The notes under the pieces are model-generated. The model worked only from the letters and a program-made list of their open reading frames with translations, was not told where the DNA came from and made no database searches. A stretch of DNA of 64,000 nucleotides, taken from the NCBI RefSeq assembly GCF_009914755.1, contig NC_060933.1, one strand, 5' to 3'. A program made the translations under genes and the position numbers. Below, one piece after another: positions 53,134 to 64,000 of this stretch (positions are counted from its first letter, which is position 1; every line of letters starts with the position of its first letter). This DNA comes from the human T2T-CHM13v2.0 reference genome, Homo sapiens.

Positions 53134-53955
53134 CAGCCTATTCTCATTTAAATTTAGGGGTAGTTATGTTCCATAAAGTCATTGCAAACATCAACTTAGC
53201 AAAAGCTAAACCACAGGGTTAGGTTCCTTCCAGGCTCCAGACATAACATTTTCACCAACCAAAACACCATTTACTCTATATAGCTTTGTTTGCTAACGTC
53301 CTTGTAAAACAAGTAAGTCTCATCAGCGTTGAAAATTTGCTCTCCCAAATAACGCTTTTCCTATGTAACACTTAGAAGGTGTTTTTAAAGTTCTTCCATA
53401 GCCTCCCTATCTACAGAACCTGCCTCTCCTGCGAGGTTAACATTTTTCACACCACATTGCCTTTTGAAACATGCAAGCCAGCCCAGTACTAGCCAAGAGA
53501 GGTCTGGCATTTTCCTGACCCTGAGTAATGTGACTGCAAATTTCTTTGGCTTTCAGTCTCACAACTCTGTCCACTATGATTTGGGGGCTTGGGGATTTTC
53601 TTTAGTCATCAGCTAATGAATCCATAAATTTAGTTGCTTTTCTATCTTTTCTGTTGTTTCGTCATGCTCTATAGATATTACTTTAGCATTTTCTGGAGCA
53701 GCCTCAAGTGCAGATTGGTGAATTTCCTCTTCCTTTTTATGGATGAACCATATTTTTGATTCATTAACATTGAACTCACAATCAACAGCACTATATATAA
53801 CTCATGCCGGAACTGAGCTTATCTAACACATGAATTTTCTCCATAAGGCACATTGCAGCCTTCTCACACTCAGGAACACTAGACATTTCAGCACTTTGCT
53901 GGGGACCATTTTAAATCGTGACATCACCAACAAAAAGCACACAAATGCAAAAACC
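53134..53955 (-). mobile_element. Second TcMar-Tigger (MER82-related) copy
   Basis: Shares aactcatgcc..agcttatctaaca...gcacattgcagccttct...ccattttaaa with 18390-18510. Confidence 0.75.
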
Positions 53956-55171
53956 ATCCACCAATGTGTCCCCCTCAACTGCAAAGATGACAGCGTATCC
54001 CAGTGTGTTTAGTGAGGGATGCAGACACTCCCGCAGCTTAAAAAGACAGACAGTTTGTCTCTGACCCTACTGCAGTTGTTGCCCGTGCTAAAAATATACA
54101 GCAATTCAAGAGGAAACAATGTGACTTAGATTTGGTACTGTTTGTTTTTCATTTTTAATGTTTTTACAAATAAGTTAAAAAATATATTACACAAAGTGGC
54201 CTTTAGATGAACCATGGGTTCATGATACATTTGCCTTGAGGTGGAAGCCAAATTCATTATCAGAAAGCTGTGAGCGGGAGAAAGTGTATGCTATGTACAT
54301 ATCAATGCATTTCTGAATTAGTGAGTCGGTTCAGTCAACAGGTATCGCCTGAGCACTGGATACTGCCTGGTGCGGAGCTGCAAAGACCAGCAGCAGGCCA
54401 CTCCTCCCTCCAGCCACGCGCAGTCCAGCAGCAGGCACACCCCGAAGGCAGAAACCTTCACAGGGGATAAGCTGCCAGTCTGGGAAGAGGCAGAGGATTT
54501 CTCGAGGAGAATAGAACTACTCATGATGCTGAAGGAGTGAGGCTGGATTCACTCGGAGATGGCGTTCAGCTGGCTTGCAGTGTACCTGGGCCTCAAGTAG
54601 GGAAGAAACACTTACCAGATAGAGAAGGGAATTAACCGGCTCAAAGAACCCAAAACTAAGGGCAGATTCAGTCAGACGCAGCGTGGCCCCGAGTCCAAAT
54701 GGTGAACATCATTGTTCACTTCCTAGCTTATACATGTGACTGTTTCCTCCGGAATGGATAGGGAGACCTGGGGTGGCTGGGCCGGAAAGATCGCCTCCTC
54801 TCATCCTGATGAACCCCTCACACTTCTGCTCCTCGCGCCTGGCACGGAGTGACTCCCCACCCGCCACGCTAGGGCCCATGCGCTGGGCCGGATCATGCCT
54901 GACGCTAGCAGGCTCGCTGGGTCCTTCACCATCTTCCTACAGACACGGGGGCTCCCTGGGCCAGTAAGGTGACCTCTCACAGGGCAGCCCTGGGCCCCAG
55001 GAGCCCAAGGTGGGCCCTGGCAGTTCCCTGAACTGGCACAGTGTTCATTCTCTCATGCTTTATCGGCCGCAGCACTCACAGACCAGCCCTGATTCAGGGA
55101 ACAAGGAAACAGACCCAGCTCTCCACGGGAGAAGGGTTCCGGTGTCTGCAGACACCATGAATTTGCCCTAG

Positions 55172-55515
<344 letters not shown>

Positions 55516-55590
55516 GGGAGGATATTTTTAAGTAAACAAAGTTTACTTAAAACCTTGGGCGGGCACTCAGGGAAGGAAGACCCTAAATAG

Positions 55591-55669
55591 CTGAGAATGT
55601 TGTATATGGTACTTTGGCTGAGAATGTTCTCTATTGTACTTTGGCTGAGAATGTTCTATATAGCACTTC
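55591..55669. repeat. 27-bp tandem repeat x3
   Basis: ctgagaatgttNtNtatNgtactttgg at 55591, 55618 and 55645. Confidence 0.85.
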
Positions 55670-56195
55670 TCAAACATTTCTTCCTATCAGAATACTGCTA
55701 CATATGAAGTAGAGTAAATGAAAAAAACAAAAAACCCAGAATACTCCTACTGACAGCAAGCCCACTGTGGACAGAGGCTGGGAATACAACCAGAAGCCCC
55801 ACGTGAAAAGTGCCATACCATTTGTTTTCGGCAACAGTATACAGTAGACGTTTCTTTTACTAGAACAGAAGTGTTTCCATAGCCTGCTCCTGAGTGGATT
55901 CAGAGTCTCAGGGCCCATGCCCACCCAGCGTGCCCTGTGGCTTCACGGCTTCTGTCTTGGGCTGGCAGTGTCCCAATGGGGAGCACAGCAGTGGAAGCCA
56001 TTTAGGGTCCTGGGAGGTGCTGGTTGTAGGGTTTTAGAAATGCTACTCAAAGACATGCAAGGCGGACAGATGGAGCCTGGAGGTGACTCACAGACACATT
56101 TTGGGGAATTAGTAACAAATCACATGTTTATGTTTTCTTTAAAAAATTTTTTCTGGTTATACAAATATATGCTCATTAAACATTTCACACAATTT

Positions 56196-56305
56196 GTTAT
56201 TTATTTATTTATTTTTGAGGTTAAGAGTGGAAGTCTAATGGGCAAAACAATGAGAAAAGCTCTCTCTGTTGCAGAGAGAGGGGACCTGGAGAAAACGGGT
56301 AGCCC
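56196..56305 (-). mobile_element. Short ERV1 LTR (MER61/LTR9-like) fragment with A-rich tail and TSD
   Basis: Minus strand reads cccctctctctgcaacagagagagc...attagacttccactcttaacctc + (A/TAAA)n; flanked by cacacaattt at 56186 and 56306. Confidence 0.55.
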
Positions 56306-56312
56306 CACACAA

Positions 56313-56583
56313 TTTTTTTTTTTTTGAGACGGATTCTCTGTTGCCACGATCTCGGCTCACTGCAACCTCCACCTCCCGGCTTCAAGCAATACTCCTGCTT
56401 CAGCCTTCCAAGTAGCTGAGACTACAGGCACATGCCACCACACCCGGCTAATTTTTTGTATTTTTAGTAGAGATGGGGTTTCATCGTGTTAGCCAGGATG
56501 GTCTCTAGCTCCTGACCTTGTGATCCACCCGCCTCAGCCTCCCAAAGTGCTGGAATTACAGGTGTGAGCCACCGCACCTGGCC
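56313..56583 (-). mobile_element. AluY/Sc with small deletion
   Basis: TSD cacacaatttttt. Confidence 0.9.
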
Positions 56584-56599
56584 ACCGCACACAATTTTT

Positions 56600-57870
56600 T
56601 AAAGCGTAAGAAAAACATCTGAAATCCTCTGTTAACCATGTTAACCTGTTGGTTTCCATCCTGTACCAATTTCTATGCATTTACACACACATACTTAATT
56701 TTACAAAAACGGGATCATAGCATAGTTGCCGTTTCTACTATACACACTTTCCTTTTTTGGCCACTTTTTGGGTACCTCCTTTAAACTCATTTAACCCCAC
56801 TCCCCACCAAGTTAAGCCCATTCTTTCTATGTGCCTATAATTCTGTTAACATATTACAACACTTTAGGTGTTTTTTTTGTCATATTTGGCCAAAAAGGAT
56901 TAATATTTTACTAATTTTTCTGTATCTTGCTTTTCTCACTCACAGTTTGGAAATTCCTCCACACCATACAGCATAGCTCTCACACATTCCTAAATGTTTA
57001 CAACTAGTTCATGGAATGTACATCTCATGGTTCACAAGCCTTGACCAATGCATGGACAATCCCTTTGTTTCAGGCATTTTATCATGTGTTACTTGTAGAA
57101 TGATGCTGCAATAAATATTACTATATAAATGTATACGTTGGTGTTTCTATTTTGGTTGCCTAAATTCTCACCGTGAGCCAGCTGTATTGCAGAACGCATA
57201 CTTAAATCTTAATACATATTGCCAGATTACTCTCCAAACAGCAACAGTAATTCACAATTCCCTCAGCAATAAATGAATACCCTTTCTATATATTTTTGCC
57301 AGCAATAGAGGTTATCATTTTTTGTAATTTCTGTAAATTTGCATATCTGAATTTTAGTGTATCCTTGAAGATTATTTATTTCTATTTAATGACCATTCAT
57401 ATCTTTTGTCATCTTTTACTTTTTCTCTATTGCAAAAGTGTTCTTTGTATATTAATGCATTAATTATTTCTCTTTCATAGGCATTGCAAATACGTTTCCA
57501 ATCTAACATTAGTCTTGACTTCTTTGGTATTTTTTGTTATTTAGATGTATATATCATTTATATATGTATATGCATGTGTATTATATATATACACAAAACA
57601 GATATTACATACATATGTATATAATTTTTATGGAATAACTATGTCTATCCAGAGTTTCTGGTTTTTAGTTTGAATTTAAAAAGGTCTCTCTAATCCCGGA
57701 TTTACATATATTTTCTTAGATTATTTTCCTAACCATTGCCCTATATCACTGTTTACCTGTGCTTTATTCCATCTGTAATTTTAGTAGATGATGTTAAGAA
57801 TAGGATTCACTTTTAACTTTTTCCAGATGGATAGTTTTGTGCCAAAACCGCTTACCAAATCACATTTTCC
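56600..57870 (-). mobile_element. Old L1ME fragment
   Basis: acatattgccagattactctccaaa...ggcattgcaaatacgtttcc. Confidence 0.6.
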
Positions 57871-58004
57871 TCTGAGCTGACAGAGAGACCCTCCCTTGGG
57901 ACACACTGATTGCCAAAGAACACCAGGATTTCTTTCTGTCCCCACAATCTCTCTGTCCATCCCAGTTTTATGACCAGACTTTCCTGATTACAAACTGTGT
58001 TTGC

Positions 58005-58762
58005 TTTTTTTTCTTTTTTTGAGACGGAGTCTTGCTCTGTGGCCAGGCTGCAGTGCAGTGGCACAATCTCGGCTCACTGCAACCTCTGCCTCCCGGGTCC
58101 TGGTAAGGGAGGAGAACACCCCTCATACTGTCTTATGCCCAATTTCTGCCTCCAAAGAAAGAAGAAGTAAAAACTAAAAGGCAGAAATGAAATCCACAGG
58201 CAGACAGCCCAGCGCCACACCCTGGGCCTGATAGTTAAAGATCGACCCCTGACCTAATTGGTTATGTTATCTATAGATTCCAGACATTATATGGAAGAGC
58301 ACTGTGAAAATCCCTGTCCTGTTCTGTTCCATTCTAATTACCGGTGCATGCAGCCCCCAGTCACGTACCCGCTGCTTGCTCAATCCATCACAACCCTCTC
58401 ACGCGGACCCCCTTAGAGTTGTAAGCCCTTAAGAGGGACAGGAATTGCTCACTCGGGGAACTCAGTTGTTGGGAGACGTGAGTCTTGCCGAAGCTCCCGG
58501 CCGAATAAAGCCCTTCCTTTTTTAACTTGGTGTCTGAGGGGTTTTGTCTATGGCTTGTCCTGCTACACCGGGTTCAAGCAATTCTCCTGCCTCAGCCTCC
58601 CGAATAGCTGGGACTACAGGCACGCGCCACCATGCCCAGCTAATTTTTGTGTTTTTAGTAGAGACAGGGTTTCACCATGTTGGCCAGGATGGTCTCAATC
58701 TTTTGACCTTGCGATCCGCCCGCCTTGGCCTCCTAAAGTGCTGAGACTACAAGCGTGAGCCA
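58005..58762 (-). mobile_element. AluSc-like, split by LTR2
   Basis: Halves at 58005-58103 and 58568-58762. Confidence 0.88.
58104..58567 (+). mobile_element. LTR2 (HERV-E/Harlequin) solo LTR inserted in an Alu
   Basis: taagggaggagaacacccctcata...gtcctgctaca; AATAAA at 58504; TSD ctgg/ccgg; Alu halves on both sides. Confidence 0.9.
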
Positions 58763-58789
58763 CCTTTAGGTTTAGGTTTGCCTTTTTAC

Positions 58790-59470
58790 CAACTCTGCAC
58801 TGCGGCAGAACCTCCAGTGCTCGCCAGAAGTCTATTCTCGCTTCCCCTAGCAAAAGAGGCTGCATCTCCGGGCCTGGGTCTGGCCAAGGCGGTGGTCCTC
58901 ACTGCTGCCCTGTGCCCCTTCCTGGAGCTGGGGAAGGCAACTGGGAGCGTGCCGGTAACAGCAACACCTGTGCCACGCCGGGCCTCCGACTGTGGCTTTA
59001 GAGCCGAGGCCTACCCATCCTGACGCGGCACCCGGACTCTGCGTGGAGGGAAATGAACTTGATTCTAAGGGCCTGAGTTTCAGGCGCTCTGTTGCTGAAG
59101 CCCAGCTCCCGCCAAAGGGAGAGGGAGAGGCGCACTTCACCTGCCGTTTGCTTTATTCTCATATTGATTTACCTCCGTATCTCCAAATAATCTGCTCGTT
59201 TCACCCTTTCTTGATTTATAACTCTGAAATACTATTAGCTTCAGGCAACTAAATATTAGACTCAAATACACTAACCAGACTTTCAATTCCCAATTTCCTT
59301 AGCAGAGGGCCCTCTAGGTTCCCCTTTCTCCCAAAGTCCCCTTCCCCCAAAACCTCCTGGCTCCATGGGCAGGGCTGGGTGCGGGGAGCTGCGGGCGGGG
59401 GCAGATGCAGCTGCCACAGCTCCTCCCCAGATTTCACGCCTCGCTGCTTTCACCCCCACCCCCGCAGCCT
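58790..59470. promoter_or_regulatory. GC/CpG-enriched unique segment, candidate promoter or enhancer
   Basis: Visibly retained CpGs outside repeats, GGGCGG box near 59393, X-box-like GTAACAGCAAC at 58955-58965. Confidence 0.4.
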
Positions 59471-60047
59471 GGGGGATCATCAGGCACACCAGGAAGCCCT
59501 CCCCTCCTCTGCAGGCCTTGCACATGCATTGGGAGCTGTAGCTGTCCGCCTTTTTTCCTCCAACAATGCCTATGATCTATTTTCCAGCTTCCAAAAATAA
59601 ATTGAAATTTCCCCATCAACTGTTAACGTCCCTTCCCATTCTTTTCACTCTTAGGGATTTTTTTCCTACAGATTTATTTTTCCATGCATTCCCCACTGCC
59701 CTCAGCCTTTTTGGTAACTGGGTCCAGGTCAGCCAAGCAGTGTTTAGGACACTGTTTCCTAAGCATTGGCGGTGGTGACCTAGTGGCACCAAGAATTCCC
59801 TCAGAAACTTAATAATGATGCAAACCCCCAAGTGTCCTCTGTAGTGGGTCTGGCATGGGCTCTGGAAACGGAGCGTTACATCCCTCCTGGGAGACTAAAG
59901 CATGTCTCACCTTGGGAACCATGGCGTGCAGAGTCTCTGCTAGCGGACACTTGGGGGCTGAATTGTACCGCTCCCACAAATTCCTATGTTGAAGCCCTAA
60001 CAGCCAGGACCTCAGAATGTGGCTGTATTCGAAGATGGGGGTCTTTA

Positions 60048-60343
60048 GGCCGGGTGCGGTGGCTCATGCCTGTAATCCCGGCACTTTGGGAGGCTGAGGT
60101 GGGTGGATCACGAGGTCAAGAGATCGAGACCATCCTGGCTAACATGGTGAAACCTCGTCTCTACTAAAAATAAAAAAAAAATTAGCCTGGAGTGGTGGCG
60201 GGCGCCTGTAGTCCCAGCTACTCGGGAGGCTGAGGCAGGAGGATTGCTTGAACCAGGGAGGCAGAAGGTTGCAGTGAGCTGAGATCACGCCACTGCACTC
60301 CAGCCCGGGAGACAGTGCGAGACTCCGTCAAAAAAAAAAAAAA
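60048..60343 (+). mobile_element. AluY
   Basis: TSD gggggtcttta. Confidence 0.92.
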
Positions 60344-60386
60344 GAGGGGGGGTCTTTAAAGATCCCATTAAATTAAAATGAGTCAT

Positions 60387-61012
<626 letters not shown>

Positions 61013-63532
61013 TCAGGAAAAAACAACCATGTGCACACCTTGATCTCAGACCTCCAGCCTCCAAGACTTAAAAAGGTAAATGTCTGTTGTTGAAGTCCCC
61101 AGATCTGGGATATGTTGTTACAGCAGCTCTAACAAACTAATACGACACTCCAATCAAGTGTTCTTAACAGCATGCTCAGAACTGCTGGGCTGGGGCCTTG
61201 GCTCTGAGATATTTAAGCCTCAGGTGGGGAGACCAGCCTTCCAGATAAGAGTGATTTTTAAAGCTAGCAAAGCCCCAGCTATACAGTGCTTACCTTTGCT
61301 TATATCACAGTTACAGAGTTTTTGCGTCAGTAACACTTGAAAACTCCTTGAAAGCATTTGTTATTCATAGGTAAAGTAGATGGTCTACAAATGAATGTGG
61401 TTAATAATTTTAACCTTGAGATATGATCTATTCTGAATTAGAATCATATTCTGAATTAGAAGCTTTACTAGATTTCTACTTTGCAAGGGGATTTTGCTGT
61501 GGAGTGTTTTGCAGATTCCCACTCACCTTAGCAATTTAATTCCACAAATGGATGTCGAGCTCCACCAGCTTTTTAATCACCCCACTTAGTAATGAAGTGA
61601 GTTAAATGAATTTATATCATCCCAGCCACTTGACATGCAATCATCAGACAGCCCAACAGTGCCAGGGGCCTGGTGGAAGAGCAGTGAGAATTACAGGAGC
61701 TTCAATCAGAAGAAGGCTTTGTGCAAAGGCTGCACAACCAAGACAGAGACAGAGACAGGAAGGAAGGGGCAACGAGACTAGCCTCCAGCAGAGACATCAG
61801 AGACATGGGACTGCTGGATCATGTGTACAGCACGTGTCATGGATGGGACCCATGAGGCAGGACTAAGGATTGCCTAGAAGCGAGTGAGCCCAAGGACAGC
61901 AAACGATGAGGGCAGGGAGCAGAGAGGAGAGGGAGGCATGGAGAGGTCCTCACTTCTTCCTCTACCCTGTCTTGACTGCAGGTGTCTTGAGGGCAGAAGC
62001 ACCCCCAATGCTTCCTTCACCTTCCTGCAGCAAAAGGCAGCATGGATTGGGTGCTGAGCACAATGTTGGGTTCCACACTGCTCAATAAAGACAAGCTCTT
62101 TATCTGATCACTAGCCTGTGTGCATGATAAACACATGCTGACTTCAAGGAAGGTCAGTAGGTTGAAAAATGCATTGATGGGATGAATATAAGTTCTGTCT
62201 CTAGTGGGAACAGCTTCGCCTTCACTGTGCTGATGGCACACTTTTGGAGAAGTGCCAGTCACATGTTCTAAACCTCTGGCCAAATAGGTATTTTGGTAAA
62301 CTAGGCCAAATACCCCATGGCCCTGGCCACAGTGGCTGGTCTAAGGCAGGGCAGCAAGGAACCCAAGTCATTGGGACCTTACAATGTGGCACTGGAGAGA
62401 AAGGCCGTGGCCCCTCCTGTCTCATTCAGAAAGAGATGATGCTAGATCTGCCACAGCCACATTCCCACCACCGTCTGCAGTTAGGAAATGAAACCAAAAA
62501 GAGACCAGCGGAGAAGGGAGGGAGCATCCTGGATACCCCACACTGCTGGGTCTATCAGCCTGAACTGTGTCCACCCCACACTTACCAGCTTGTGTGAGCA
62601 AGTGAATTCCCTCTTAGGTTTAAGCTGATTTGAGGTTTCACTCACACAGGATATGAGGCCTGGGGTGGGCTGTGGCACCTGACAGACCTTACAATACAGA
62701 AGAGACTGGATCAAGACAGGAGAAGGCTGGGCTCTCCCTACGTTAACCGCCCTCACAGAGAGGAGTAAAGCTGCTGGGAAACCCTCGCCTTTCGCCAACA
62801 GGGATTGAACCACATCCCTGCTGAACTTCATCCAGAGAGCAGTGGAAAACGCCAGAATATGAGGTGGTGCATCAGCCTTCTCCCGCCTTCAACTATGAGA
62901 CAAGCCTCCCTTCAAACAGGCAGAAACAGGATGGAATTCAGTTTGTTTTAAAAAACAAAACCAAAAATAAACCAGAGAGAAGAGCTTTTCTGACTGAGAC
63001 CAGAGAACCAATACAGATAGGTCAGGTAATCACGCCCTTTTTCTGATTATAAAAGGCAAATTCCCTGCCGCAACCTGGAGTCAGTGTGAGCAAGTAACAA
63101 GGTATCTAGGATTGCTTAGGGGCTGCAGAGAACCTATAGGTCAGAGTGACTCAACATTGAAAAGAGTTAGGCCAATAGAGGAGCTTGCAGGAGCTCAGCA
63201 GGTGGGAGGAGAGTGACAACACAGTTTCATGTCCTGGGCCATTCTTCTGCCAAAGTGGTACTCAGCTCCCATTGGGTGGCTACCACCCACGACTACAGCT
63301 TTCTCCCAAGGACCCACCAGGGCCCAGGGAGGGACCAGCTACTCTCACTCCCCATTCCTAACGCAAGGGCTGCACCACCCCTCGATGGCTTCCCCGCCCC
63401 CATGTTCACCTCTGTGAATAATCCCTTTACAGTTTCCGTGCTGCGGTCCCTCCCACTGAGCTCCTCACTGGCACAGGGGCATGTTGGGGACCTTGGGGTC
63501 ATTTTTTGCCATTTAGTGTAGTCGTGACCTAG

Positions 63533-63922
<390 letters not shown>

Positions 63923-64000
63923 TCCATATTTTCAAACAGAATTATATTGATTATTTTGGACCATGAGCATACATTGGTTATAAAATCAATGAATTTCATT

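Noticed and set aside
57856-57876. Possible 21-nt minus-strand exon
   Set aside because: The donor lies in decayed L1 sequence and there is no supporting context.

Overview
Repeat-rich primate genomic DNA, very probably human (AluY, L1PA4/5 and LTR2/LTR3 are present). It is intronic or intergenic, and I could not recognise any intact protein-coding gene. There are two processed pseudogenes. (1) A near full-length KCTD1 retrocopy (+, 18528-20662) has its 5' leader, a 228-codon open frame ending at Q229*, a 3'UTR, poly(A) and a TSD, and sits inside a Tigger DNA transposon. (2) A decayed MFN1 retrocopy (-, ~25829-28330) is split by an AluS. The rest is about 40 Alus, old L1M/L2/MIR fragments, a 5'-inverted (twin-primed) L1PA, about 15 solo LTRs, DNA transposons and microsatellites. 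Most notable: the KCTD1 copy carries His at codon 31, matching a P31H change I recall from scalp-ear-nipple syndrome; the MFN1 copy has a 61-nt insert exactly at the exon 2/3 junction (possible fossil poison exon); there is a strong 7-nt minus-strand microexon candidate (GAAAATG, 3969-3975); and an LTR fragment appears to have been mobilised by L1. Repeat subfamily names and parent-gene comparisons come from memory of consensus and protein sequences, not from a search. Coordinates of old repeats are approximate.
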